Assembly: GCA_020051155.1 (NCBI GenBank)
Contig: JAGVJK010000005.1
Location: 69,404 to 133,403 of the forward strand
Reading direction: 5' to 3'
Origin: Gammaproteobacteria bacterium
GTDB lineage: Bacteria > Pseudomonadota > Gammaproteobacteria > UBA1113
Length of the DNA stretch: 64,000 bases
A model generated the notes under the pieces. That model did no database searches and had not been told where the DNA came from. It saw only the letters and a list, made by a program, of their open reading frames with translations. The position numbers and the translations under genes were made by a program. Shown one piece after another: positions 28,730 to 38,051 of the stretch (position 1 is its first letter; each line of letters begins with the position of its first letter).

Positions 28730-29383
28730 TTGATTAAAATACTACTTGTGGATGACCATGGCCTAGTAAGACATGGAATCAAAAAGTTGCTGGAAGCCGA
28801 ACCCGGTATCAACGTAATTGCGGAAGCTGAAAGTGGCGAGGAAGCCATTAAAATTGCCCGTCAAGTGAAACCACATGTGGTCTTGATGGATGTGAATATG
28901 CCCGGCATTGGTGGGCTTGAAGCAACACGCAAGTTGGTAAGAACCCTACCGGATGTCAAAGTGTTAGCTGTAACAGCGATGGACGCAGATCCTTTCCCTT
29001 CAAGATTATTGCAAGCAGGTGCTGCAGGATTTTTAACGAAGGGCGCTGACTCAAAGGAAATGGTCGAAGCGATCAAAACCGTTTTTATGGGACGACGCTA
29101 CATCAGTCCTTCTATCGCACAAAACATGGCGCTGAAAAGTTTAGGCGAACAGGATGAAAATCCCTTTGAAGCACTTTCTGAACGCGAATTACAAATTGCT
29201 ATGATGATTACCAATAAACAAAAAGTAGTAGCCATTGCTGAAAAACTTTGTTTGAGCTCAAAAACAGTGAACAGCTATCGATATCGCATTTTTGAAAAAT
29301 TAGGAATTCAAAGCGACGTAGAGTTGACGCACTTAGCGCTGCGCTATGGCATCGTCGATAAAGCAGGAATCATGGCTGAGTAA
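28730..29383 (+). CDS. Two-component response regulator of the GacA/UvrY/LetA family (LuxR-type HTH)
   Basis: Receiver start IKILLVDDH, DVNMPG, and a C-terminal HTH (LSERELQI...SSKTVNSYRYRIFEKL). It sits immediately upstream of uvrC, like uvrY. The start is TTG 28730 or GTG 28721; the longer track ORF runs through the tRNA and was rejected. Confidence 0.85.
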   Translation: MIKILLVDDHGLVRHGIKKLLEAEPGINVIAEAESGEEAIKIARQVKPHVVLMDVNMPGIGGLEATRKLVRTLPDVKVLAVTAMDADPFPSRLLQAGAAGFLTKGADSKEMVEAIKTVFMGRRYISPSIAQNMALKSLGEQDENPFEALSERELQIAMMITNKQKVVAIAEKLCLSSKTVNSYRYRIFEKLGIQSDVELTHLALRYGIVDKAGIMAE

Positions 29384-29385
29384 TC

Positions 29386-31233
29386 ATGGAGCCCTTGCCG
29401 CCCACGGAATTTGATGCAAAGGCGTTTCTACGCAGTTGCTCAACACAGCCCGGGGTGTACCGCATGCAGGATGCTGCGGGACAAGTGTTATATGTTGGCA
29501 AAGCCAAAAATTTAAAAAAACGTCTCAGCAGTTACTTTCAAAAAAATCAAACAAATCAAAAAACAAAAAGCTTAGTCAGCCACATTCGACAAATTGAAAC
29601 CACGATTACTCACAGCGAAACTGAAGCCTTATTGTTAGAAAACAATTTAATCAAATCGCTGCAACCACGCTACAATATTTTATTTCGTGATGACAAAAGC
29701 TACCCGTATTTATATTTATCGAATCACCCAGACTATCCTCGTTTAGGTTTTTATCGCGGTGCCATCCAGCCAAAACAAGGCGAATATTTTGGACCTTATA
29801 CCAGCGCCGGACGTGCGCGAGAATGTCTTAATCTATTACAAAAAATATTCAAATTACGCTCCTGTGAAGAATCATTTTTTCAAAATCGAACGCGGCCTTG
29901 CTTGCAATATCAAATTAAACGTTGCACGGCCCCCTGTGTTGATTTTATTGAGCCAGAAGCGTATCAGCGAGATGTACGGCATGCACGAATGTTTTTGCAA
30001 GGTAAAAATCAGCAAGTGATTCACGAGCTAGCGCAAAGCATGGAGCAAGCTTCACAAGCTTTACAATTTGAAAAGGCCGGACAACTGCGCGATCAAATCG
30101 CTTTATTACGCCGCATTCAAGAACAGCAATATGTGATGACCGCCACCGCTGGCGATATCGATGTCATTGGTTATGCGCAGCAGCAAGATGGTGTCTGTTT
30201 AGTGGTAATGTATATTCGTCATGGTGAAGTGATTGGTGATAAGTCTTACTTTCCAAAGAATTCAGCGGCGTCAACTCAAGAGGATGCCGTCTCTGAATTT
30301 ATTTCCCAGCATTATTTTTCTGAAAAAAATCACAGGTTGGTGCCCCATGAAATTATTGTTCCCTGTGCGATTGAAGACGCCTCTTGGTTGTCTGCTGGAT
30401 TGTCCGAGGTAGCGCAACATAAGGTGCACATCGTGGCACGAGTGCAACACAAAAAACAACAATGGTTGTCGATGGCAGCGCAAAACGCGCAACATGCATT
30501 GATGCAGCGTTTAAGTGATAAAAGCAATACGTTACAGCGATTAGAAAATTTAGCCGAATGTCTTGGCTTAGCAGCAACACCGCAACGATTAGAATGTTTT
30601 GACATCAGTCACACACAAGGTGAAGCCACGGTTGCATCCTGTGTGGTGTTCGGTGCAGAAGGGCCGGTGAAGAGTGAATATCGCCGCTTTAATATTAAAG
30701 ATATCCAACCGGGCGATGATTATGCTGCGATGCACCAAGTTCTGCTACGACGTTATAGCAAATTAAAACAAGAAGAAGCTAAATTGCCTGATGTGATCTT
30801 GATCGATGGTGGTAAAGGACAATTGGCACAAGCAGAACAAGTATTGCAAACCTTACAACTAACTGGCATTCAGTTATTAGGCATTGCGAAGGGTCCTTTG
30901 CGTAAACCAGGCTTTGAACAACTTTATGTTGAAAGCACAGGGCAATCTTTTACTTTAAGTGCCGATGCGCCTGCATTACATTTAATTCAATTAATTCGCG
31001 ATGAAGCGCATCGTTTTGCGATTACGGGCCACCGTCAACAGCGCGGCAAGAAGCGAACAGTGTCACTCTTGGAAGCGATCCCTGGCATCGGTGCAGCGCG
31101 ACGACGACAATTACTGCAACAATTCGGCGGTTTACAAGAGTTAACCCGCGCCAGCATGGAAGATATCGCCAAGGTTCCTGGTATTTCTAAATCCCTTGCA
31201 GAAAAAATTTATTGCGCATTGCATTCAGGATAA
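29386..31233 (+). CDS. uvrC: Excinuclease ABC subunit C
   Basis: GIY-YIG motif (GVYRM.D..G.VLYVGKAKNLKKR), a UVR domain, and a C-terminal HhH (IPGIGAARRRQLL). Confidence 0.93.
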   Translation: MEPLPPTEFDAKAFLRSCSTQPGVYRMQDAAGQVLYVGKAKNLKKRLSSYFQKNQTNQKTKSLVSHIRQIETTITHSETEALLLENNLIKSLQPRYNILFRDDKSYPYLYLSNHPDYPRLGFYRGAIQPKQGEYFGPYTSAGRARECLNLLQKIFKLRSCEESFFQNRTRPCLQYQIKRCTAPCVDFIEPEAYQRDVRHARMFLQGKNQQVIHELAQSMEQASQALQFEKAGQLRDQIALLRRIQEQQYVMTATAGDIDVIGYAQQQDGVCLVVMYIRHGEVIGDKSYFPKNSAASTQEDAVSEFISQHYFSEKNHRLVPHEIIVPCAIEDASWLSAGLSEVAQHKVHIVARVQHKKQQWLSMAAQNAQHALMQRLSDKSNTLQRLENLAECLGLAATPQRLECFDISHTQGEATVASCVVFGAEGPVKSEYRRFNIKDIQPGDDYAAMHQVLLRRYSKLKQEEAKLPDVILIDGGKGQLAQAEQVLQTLQLTGIQLLGIAKGPLRKPGFEQLYVESTGQSFTLSADAPALHLIQLIRDEAHRFAITGHRQQRGKKRTVSLLEAIPGIGAARRRQLLQQFGGLQELTRASMEDIAKVPGISKSLAEKIYCALHSG

Positions 31234-31326
31234 CGCTCAATAAAAATGAGCAGTCATTGGCTTGTCGTTGATAGGCAAAATGCGGTACACTCCCAGCTAC
31301 TTATGGATAGCTAACATGGTTTGATA

Positions 31327-31890
31327 ATGAATTTCCCAACTATTTTGACCTTATTACGAATTGCTTTATTACCTTTATTTGTTGTGATGTTTTACTTGCC
31401 TTTTCATTGGGCCTATGGCGTCGCAGCGATTATCTTTTTTGTTGCCGCAATAACCGACTGGTTGGATGGTTACCTTGCACGCTCATGGTCACAAACCTCA
31501 CAGCTAGGCGCATTTTTAGATCCCGTTGCTGACAAATTAGTGATTGTCGTTGCCTTAGTGTTGCTAGTTGCTGAATACCACACATCCTACATTGCTTTAC
31601 CAGCGGCTATTATCATCGGTCGAGAAATTGTAGTCTCAGCCTTACGCGAATGGATGGCTGAATTAGGTCGCCGTACTAGCGTCGCCGTTAACTACATCGG
31701 AAAAATCAAAACCGCCGTACAAATGTTAGCAATTTTATTAATGCTGATCGGGCGCGGCAACTCCACCGTTCTTTATGAAGTTTTCTCCATTCTCGGCGTT
31801 TGCTTCTTGTACGCAGCCGCAGTGTTAACCCTCTGGTCCATGATCATGTACCTAAGAGCCGCCTGGGGCGAATTCCGCGCAAGAGCGTAG
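31327..31890 (+). CDS. pgsA: CDP-diacylglycerol--glycerol-3-phosphate 3-phosphatidyltransferase
   Basis: CDP-alcohol phosphatidyltransferase motif DWLDGYLAR...[10 protein letters not shown]. Confidence 0.92.
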   Translation: MNFPTILTLLRIALLPLFVVMFYLPFHWAYGVAAIIFFVAAITDWLDGYLARSWSQTSQLGAFLDPVADKLVIVVALVLLVAEYHTSYIALPAAIIIGREIVVSALREWMAELGRRTSVAVNYIGKIKTAVQMLAILLMLIGRGNSTVLYEVFSILGVCFLYAAAVLTLWSMIMYLRAAWGEFRARA

Positions 31891-31951
31891 GGGTATATTA
31901 CGGGCGCTGTCGCTTGAAATATTGTGTGCCCTGCGACACCTCCATGTTGTC

Positions 31952-32029
31952 ATCCCCGCGCAGGCGGGGACCCATTTTTGTACGGGCTTCTGAGCTGCTA
32001 TGAAAATGGGTCCCCGCCTGCGCGGGGAT
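31952..32029. repeat. Perfect 27-bp inverted repeat (ATCCCCGCGCAGGCGGGGACCCATTTT) with a 24-nt spacer
   Basis: I verified the arms at 31952-31978 and 32003-32029 base by base as exact reverse complements. Each arm contains its own TCCCCGC..GCGGGGA hairpin. Confidence 0.85.
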
Positions 32030-32186
32030 TGCGTAGAGGATGGAAATAACAATTGATGGGAAGGACTATTTCAACCAACACTTTCAATCGCACCCGGGTA
32101 TTACAAAAAACTAGACAACCAAATACCCACCAGATACTATCCGCAAGTCTGTATTTTTAAAAATTCTAATCATTGCGGAGACAGTC

Positions 32187-32660
32187 ATGTTAAAACGTAG
32201 TATTTTGTTGTTAAGTGCTCTATTTGTTACCAGCGCTCTTGCGCAAGACAACCCACATTTTTTTATCCGAATTCATAATGCCGGTATCGAGAAAGATCGA
32301 GACGGAGATGCTCCTACTTCTACACACCCACAGCAATCTCATAATCTGGCTTACTTAATTACGACTCCAGCCGGTGAGTCTATTGACAGCTCTTATAGTC
32401 CTGCCTCAGCGACGGTTGCACCAGGCGTCACAAATTCTGTGTACGTCTCTCGAACTGATGGCAGCACATTTGTAACCGCTCACTTAAAAGTAGTCGATCT
32501 TTCATTAAATGGCCGAGTCGTATGGGAAGGCGAACTTTTTGAGGACTTCGGAAAAACGCAAATCTATGTGAGAGAGCGTCAGACACCTTATATCACTTAC
32601 TCAATTTCTACAGTAACGATGCCTGATGATTTCCAACTAGACGTCGCCGTCTGGGGTTAA
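32187..32660 (+). CDS. Small secreted protein, paralogue 1 (unknown family)
   Basis: Signal peptide MLKRSILLLSALFVTSALA and a GGAGA Shine-Dalgarno. It is paralogous to 32874-33359. Confidence 0.65.
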   Translation: MLKRSILLLSALFVTSALAQDNPHFFIRIHNAGIEKDRDGDAPTSTHPQQSHNLAYLITTPAGESIDSSYSPASATVAPGVTNSVYVSRTDGSTFVTAHLKVVDLSLNGRVVWEGELFEDFGKTQIYVRERQTPYITYSISTVTMPDDFQLDVAVWG

Positions 32661-32715
32661 GCATCACAGCCTCTGCGGAGGACAAAATGTCACAGGCTCT
32701 GTAGATTAGGACATA

Positions 32716-32777
32716 CTCCCCCCTCGCCCGCGAGATAAATAGGTCCATTACTCATGTTCTTAGCGCGGGCGAGGGGA
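32716..32777. repeat. GC-rich hairpin between the two secreted-protein genes
   Basis: CTCCCC(CC)TCGCCCGCG pairs with CGCGGGCGAGGGGAG, separated by a ~31-nt loop. No clear T-tract follows. Confidence 0.5.
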
Positions 32778-32873
32778 GCGTCTTGTCTATAAAAAAACCT
32801 AGACAAGCACATAAATTTCATATATTATGGCCAATATTGTTTATTTTTAAATCAATTCCCCATGGAGACAGTT

Positions 32874-33359
32874 ATGTTAAAACGTAGTATTTTATTGTTA
32901 AGTGCCCTATTTATTACCAGCGCTCTTGCGGGCAATAATGATAATCTTTTTGTTGGCATCAATAATTTGGGCTTATACAACAACGCTGGCAATGTAGGAT
33001 ATTCAGACTCCGCTCATAATTTGCGTTATGTTATTACAACACCCGCCAGCGAGTCGATTGTTAGTCCTTACGCTTCTACCTCGGGCATTATAACGCCAGA
33101 AGCCTCAGCCGCAATTTCTCTCGTTAGAACAAATGCAAGCGATAAGCCACTGACAGCTCATTTAAAAGTTACCGATCCCGAAGCAGGCGAACGAATTGTA
33201 TGGGAAGGTGATATCAGCGAAGATGTCACAACAAAACAAACCAGTTATGTTGTGAACTTTGTAGATTCTTGGGGTTATCATGTAGCCCAAAAGATTAATT
33301 CTAATAACTTCTTAATAGGCGTAGCTATTAACTCATCGGTAGTTGTTACACATTCTTAA
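32874..33359 (+). CDS. Small secreted protein, paralogue 2 (unknown family)
   Basis: Signal peptide MLKRSILLLSALFITSALA. Blocks shared with paralogue 1 include HNL.Y.ITTPA.ESI, TAHLKV.D and R.VWEG...ED. The start was taken at ATG 32874. Confidence 0.65.
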   Translation: MLKRSILLLSALFITSALAGNNDNLFVGINNLGLYNNAGNVGYSDSAHNLRYVITTPASESIVSPYASTSGIITPEASAAISLVRTNASDKPLTAHLKVTDPEAGERIVWEGDISEDVTTKQTSYVVNFVDSWGYHVAQKINSNNFLIGVAINSSVVVTHS

Positions 33360-33613
33360 TAGCTTGTTTAAACCTATAAAGTTCTCAAAAAAGTTAGCCA
33401 GTAACTTTTGAAGTTACTGGCTTTTTTATTCAAAGTTCTATTCAAAATCAGTGCAGGCGGTGTCAGGCACACGAGAATGCTTCAATGCTGGTTCACTGTA
33501 TTATGTATCCGGAACAAGATACACCTATTTTCCAAACAAATGTGCCAAACACCTCCATTAAGCTCAGCACACCACTCCCCCCCAAAATTTTTTTGAACCT
33601 CAGACAATCTCTC

Positions 33614-33805
33614 AGATGCGTTGCGGGTCTCTTTGGGTTTCCCTAGAGACCGCCCGAGCACCGGAGTAAAATTGGGGGTCATTTTGCCAGGAAGGCAAAA
33701 TGAGTCCGACCTGAGCCAGGATGGCGAATGAGGACGACCCCCAATTTTACGAGGAGCGCAGGAAAAAACGGTCGACGGAAACCCCAGGAGACCCGCAACG
33801 CATCT
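33614..33805. repeat. About 190-bp composite palindromic element
   Basis: Outer arms are AGATGCGTTGCGGGTCTC and GAGACCCGCAACGCATCT. Inner arms are GTAAAATTGGGGGTC and GACCCCCAATTTTAC. The central hairpin is CATTTTGCC..GGCAAAATG. Confidence 0.75.
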
Positions 33806-33854
33806 TGCGCAGATCCAGCATCCAAAAATTTTTCACAATTTTTCAATTTTTTAC

Positions 33855-33882
33855 TTGACTGTTCCAACGCCTTCGATAGAAT
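33855..33882 (+). promoter_or_regulatory. Sigma-70-type promoter for the tRNA Gly-Cys-Leu cluster
   Basis: TTGACT, a 16-nt spacer, then TAGAAT, followed by the GC-rich discriminator CACGCCC. The first tRNA starts about 15 nt downstream. Confidence 0.6.
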
Positions 33883-33896
33883 ACACGCCCAGTGCT

Positions 33897-33972
<76 letters not shown>

Positions 33973-34024
33973 TAAAGATTAGCACAGCGTTCTTAATGTA
34001 GTAAACGCTAGATACGCATTGCAT

Positions 34025-34098
34025 GGCTGGGTGGCAGAGTGGTGATGCAGCGGCCTGCAAAGCCGCGTACGCCGGTTCGATTCCGGCCCTAGCCTCCA
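34025..34098 (+). tRNA. tRNA-Cys (anticodon GCA)
   Basis: GGCTGGGTGGCAGAGTGG...CCTGCAAAGC...CCGGTTCGATTCCGGCCCTAGCCTCCA. Confidence 0.92.
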
Positions 34099-34115
34099 CG
34101 ATTTTGTATTTTGTA

Positions 34116-34204
34116 GCCCGGGTGGCGAAATAGGTAGACGCAAGGGACTTAAAATCCCTCGGGACTTAAATCCCGTGCCGGTTCGACTCCGGCTCCGGGC
34201 ACCA
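34116..34204 (+). tRNA. tRNA-Leu (anticodon UAA), long variable arm
   Basis: GCCCGGGTGGCGAAATAGGTAGACGC..GGGACTTAAAATCCC..GGTTCGACTCCGGCTCCGGGCACCA. It is close to E. coli leuZ. Confidence 0.92.
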
Positions 34205-34235
34205 CTCACTCTTCAACGCACATTGAGTCATTCAA

Positions 34236-34970
34236 ATGAATATCATTGTAGGCAATTATGGTAATGGCACCATTGCACTCATGCAGTGGGCACACCAACA
34301 ACAGCTTCCTAATGTCACTGTTCTTTATGTTGATACCAGATGGAGTGCTACACGTTGGCAATCACGTGTGACAGCAGGTGAAGCCTTTGCGAAAGCCTGC
34401 GGTTTTGCCACAGAAATCTTACCGCCTAGTATCGATTTTTCTGCTCTCATGCAACAACGGCAAGCATTCCCTACATCAACCCAACAATGGTGCGCCGGCA
34501 TACTGAAAGGCTTACCCCTATTGGATTGGCTAGATCAACAGGATCCAACCTGCGAAGCAACAATTTTAATCGGCAAAACTCGCTTCAGCTCACGGGTGAA
34601 TCAATTACTGTCGGAGTATGTGACTGACAGCGAGTATTACGATGGCCGCACGCTGCGCCATCCCCTAGTCCATGAAACAAAAACGAGTTTTGAAGCACTG
34701 ATTCAACAAGCAGGATTTGCAGTCTTACCACATCGTAGCTTAGAATGTGAACCTTGTATCAATGCAACGGAGGCTGATTTTCAGCGTATGGCATTAGAGG
34801 ATGTGGAAAAGTTAACAACCCTGGAACAAATCCTCGACAAGCCCATGTTTTCTTGCCCCATTACAGAGACAGTGGCAAACGCGAAAGCCAAACAACACCC
34901 CGAAGCAGAAGAGCGCTACTTAGAGAAATTTGATCAAGGTTGCAGTTCCCCCTTTGGATGCGGCTTATAA
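34236..34970 (+). CDS. PAPS-reductase-like / adenine-nucleotide alpha-hydrolase superfamily protein (tentative)
   Basis: The block [16 protein letters not shown] resembles the CC..K..PL block of the PAPS reductase family, and LECEPC lies near the C-terminus. The N-terminal PP-loop position is degenerate (GNYGNGT). Confidence 0.4.
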   Translation: MNIIVGNYGNGTIALMQWAHQQQLPNVTVLYVDTRWSATRWQSRVTAGEAFAKACGFATEILPPSIDFSALMQQRQAFPTSTQQWCAGILKGLPLLDWLDQQDPTCEATILIGKTRFSSRVNQLLSEYVTDSEYYDGRTLRHPLVHETKTSFEALIQQAGFAVLPHRSLECEPCINATEADFQRMALEDVEKLTTLEQILDKPMFSCPITETVANAKAKQHPEAEERYLEKFDQGCSSPFGCGL

Positions 34971-34989
34971 TGTAACACGGAGAATAGAC

Positions 34990-35313
34990 ATGACATTTGT
35001 GATCACAGAACCCTGCATTAAATGTAAATATACGGATTGTGTTGAAGTGTGTCCGGTGGATTGTTTTTATGAAGGTCCTAATTTTTTAGTGATTAATCCT
35101 GACGAATGCATTGATTGCGCCCTATGCGAACCAGAGTGTCCAGTGAATGCTATTTATTCGGAAGATGAGTTACCCGCACAGTATGAAGAATACCGCGAGC
35201 TCAATGCAGAGCTTTCAAAAAAATGGCCGAACATTAGCGTTAAAATCGATGCGCCGGCCGATGCGGATGATTGGAAAGGTGTTGAAAACAAGCGTCAATA
35301 TTTGCAAGAGTAA
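34990..35313 (+). CDS. fdxA: 7Fe ferredoxin (FdxA type)
   Basis: [18 protein letters not shown] and [12 protein letters not shown] cluster motifs; 107 aa. The internal ATG at 34990 was chosen as the start. Confidence 0.9.
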   Translation: MTFVITEPCIKCKYTDCVEVCPVDCFYEGPNFLVINPDECIDCALCEPECPVNAIYSEDELPAQYEEYRELNAELSKKWPNISVKIDAPADADDWKGVENKRQYLQE

Positions 35314-35319
35314 TGTACA

Positions 35320-37269
35320 TTGAATCCAGAAGAAACGACCTATTGGCTCAATGAAGCAAGTCCGCTTGCCAAGAAGCTGCCGGGTTTTTCTCCGCGAGCC
35401 AGTCAGATTGAATTAGCAGAAGCGATCGAAACGGCTATTGCGCAACAAAGCATGTTAGTCGCCGAAGCAGGTACCGGTACGGGCAAAACCTTTGCGTATT
35501 TAATCCCAGCGTTATTGTCAGGAAAAAAAGTAATTATTTCCACAGGAACCAAAACCCTACAAGACCAACTTTATTTTCGCGACATTCCCGCATTACGACG
35601 CGCCATGGCAGCACCGGCTAAGATCAGCTTATTAAAAGGCCGCAGCAATTATCTTTGCCTACAACGTATGGAGCAGAGTGAACATCATCTATTTCCCAAC
35701 AAAGCCACGATTGCTCATGTCCAACAAATTAAAAAACAAGCTGCTAGCACCAAGTTTGGTGATATCAGTGAAATCCGTGATTTGCCCGATCAATCTCTCG
35801 CTTGGTATTACGTTACCAGTACCGTGGATAATTGCTTAGGTTCAGAATGCCCGCAGTTAGAAGATTGTTACTTAATGAAAGCACGGCGCAAAGCCATGGT
35901 GGCTGATGTGGTCGTGATCAATCATCATTTATTATTTGCTGATGCAATGTTAAAAGAAGAAAATACCGGCGAGTTATTACCAGAGGCCGAGGTTTTAATC
36001 ATCGATGAAGCCCATCAAATTCCAGAGGTTGCTAGCCAATTTTTAGGAACGCGTTTCAGTAGTCGACAAATCACTGAGCTGATCAAAGATAGTCAATTAG
36101 AACAAGGTAAGGATGCTAAAGAAGCTTTGCATCTAGCAGGCTATAGCGATGCCTTAGAACAGATTTTTACAGATTTGCGTTTAGCTTTAGGCGAAGCACA
36201 AACAAAAGCGGCTTGGAATCCTCACAGCACACCTTTATTTGATAGAATTTTAGAGAAAGCCCACGAGCAACTACAAGCTTTTTCTAAAGAGTTAGAAGCC
36301 TTAGCACCACAAGGCAAAGGCTTAGAAAATTGCTGGCAACGGTGTTTAGAGTTGATTCATTTGTTTCAACAAGTCACCAGTAAAAATGATTCGAGCCAAG
36401 TTCACTGGTTCGAAGTGTTTAGTCAATCCTTTAGCATTTACTTAACGCCACTTTCCATCGCGGAACCTTTTCAACAATGGTTAGCTGGCAAGCAACAAAC
36501 CTGGGTGTTTACTTCCGCCACACTCACCGTAAATGAAAATTTCGATTTATTTAAAAAACAACTAGGCCTCACGCAAGCACGAGAATTGATTTTGCCAAGT
36601 CCGTTTCCCTATGAAGATCACGCGTTATTATATGTACCCCGACAGATGCCGGATCCTAATTCTCCGGACTATACCGAGCAGGTTGTAGCTGCCGCCGTGC
36701 CACTCATTCGACAGAATAAAGGACGAACTTTTTTTCTTTTCACCAGTCATCGCGCCTTACGTCAAGCCAGTGAATTGTTGGCTCAGCAAATAGATTACCG
36801 CTTATTTGTGCAAGGAGAGGGTGCAAAAGATCAATTGTTGCGAGACTTCGTAGCCGATGGTCATGGTGTTTTATTAGGAACCTATAGTTTTTGGGAAGGT
36901 GTGGATGTGCGCGGCGCTACATTATCTTGCGTTATCATTGATAAGCTACCGTTCCAATCGCCAGAGGATCCCGTGGGAATGGCGCGTGCCAATGCGCTAA
37001 AATCGCAAGGGAAAAACGCGTTCTATGATGACCAACTGCCAAAATCCGTATTGAGTTTAAAGCAAGGTGTAGGACGTTTAATTCGCGACATGACGGATAT
37101 GGGCGTTATTATGATCGGCGATCCACGTTTAGTCGCAAGAGAATATGGCAAGATTTTTTTAGCCAGCTTGCCACCGATGCAACGTACACGCAGTAAAGAA
37201 ACTGTTTTATCTTTTTTACAACACATGACCCAAGTCGAGGAGAACCGTGATGAAGTTATTAGCGATTGA
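35320..37269 (+). CDS. DinG/YoaA-family ATP-dependent DNA helicase
   Basis: Walker A AEAGTGTGKT, a DEAH box (IIDEAHQ), and an Fe-S Cys cluster region (CLGSECPQLEDCY). Its length of 649 aa resembles YoaA. The start is a TTG. Confidence 0.85.
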   Translation: MNPEETTYWLNEASPLAKKLPGFSPRASQIELAEAIETAIAQQSMLVAEAGTGTGKTFAYLIPALLSGKKVIISTGTKTLQDQLYFRDIPALRRAMAAPAKISLLKGRSNYLCLQRMEQSEHHLFPNKATIAHVQQIKKQAASTKFGDISEIRDLPDQSLAWYYVTSTVDNCLGSECPQLEDCYLMKARRKAMVADVVVINHHLLFADAMLKEENTGELLPEAEVLIIDEAHQIPEVASQFLGTRFSSRQITELIKDSQLEQGKDAKEALHLAGYSDALEQIFTDLRLALGEAQTKAAWNPHSTPLFDRILEKAHEQLQAFSKELEALAPQGKGLENCWQRCLELIHLFQQVTSKNDSSQVHWFEVFSQSFSIYLTPLSIAEPFQQWLAGKQQTWVFTSATLTVNENFDLFKKQLGLTQARELILPSPFPYEDHALLYVPRQMPDPNSPDYTEQVVAAAVPLIRQNKGRTFFLFTSHRALRQASELLAQQIDYRLFVQGEGAKDQLLRDFVADGHGVLLGTYSFWEGVDVRGATLSCVIIDKLPFQSPEDPVGMARANALKSQGKNAFYDDQLPKSVLSLKQGVGRLIRDMTDMGVIMIGDPRLVAREYGKIFLASLPPMQRTRSKETVLSFLQHMTQVEENRDEVISD

Positions 37270-37927
37270 TTCTTCAACCGCCATCGCGCGCTTAGCCATT
37301 GCCATTGATGATGCTGTTCACGAAGTTCAATTGGATGAAACCCATCGCCATGCAGAAATTATCTTACCGGCTCTAGAAACATTGCTGCAAACTAACAACG
37401 TAGCATTGCCAGAATTAACGGGAATTATTTACGCCGCAGGTCCCGGCAGTTTTACCGGTGTGCGTGTGACCATCGCTGTGGTTCAAGCTTTGAGCCTGGC
37501 TCACGGTACTCCAACCTTAGGGCTTTCAACCTTAAATATCATGGCACAAACGGCTTATCGCATTCATCAATGCCCACGGGTGCTCGTTACGCTTGATGCA
37601 CGGATGGGAGAAATTTATTTTGGTGCCTATGAATGGGACGCGCAAAGTGGCATTATGTGCGCCGTCCAACCTGATGCTCTTTGTAAACCGGAAGATATCA
37701 CATGCCCTAATCAGGAACATTGGATGGGAGTGGGGCAGGGACGAAGGGCGTATGAAAGTCATATTTCTGCCAATATATTGACACTGCCTTGGGATGATGA
37801 ACTAGAGAGTGCGGCGGAAGATATGCTAACGTTAGGCCGCGTTAAGATACAGCAGGGCTTGTTGAGCACGGCCTTGGCGATGCCTTTCTATTTACGGAAT
37901 GAAGTGGCACACAAAAAGCAGAAGTAA
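37250..37927 (+). CDS. tsaB: tRNA t6A biosynthesis protein TsaB
   Basis: MKLLAIDSST, GPGSFTGVR..IAV.Q, and TsaB-like length. Confidence 0.85.
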   Translation: MKLLAIDSSTAIARLAIAIDDAVHEVQLDETHRHAEIILPALETLLQTNNVALPELTGIIYAAGPGSFTGVRVTIAVVQALSLAHGTPTLGLSTLNIMAQTAYRIHQCPRVLVTLDARMGEIYFGAYEWDAQSGIMCAVQPDALCKPEDITCPNQEHWMGVGQGRRAYESHISANILTLPWDDELESAAEDMLTLGRVKIQQGLLSTALAMPFYLRNEVAHKKQK

Positions 37928-38051
37928 ATGTGTAAAAGATCTGCTATTATTGCCGGTAACTCGTTATTAATCGAGAGGTTAAAACCGAAAATGAGATTAA
38001 AACAACCATAATATCGTAGAACAAAGCTAAATACCGAGGGGATTTTGCACC

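Noticed and set aside
28582-28848. ORFs overlapping RNA genes or palindromic repeats: 28582-28848, the 5' part of 28622-29383, 31800-32052, 33408-33982, 33908-34209 and 26159-26341.
   Set aside because: They run through tRNA-Ser, the tRNA Gly-Cys-Leu cluster or the REP/MITE-like elements. Their translations are repeat-derived low-complexity strings.
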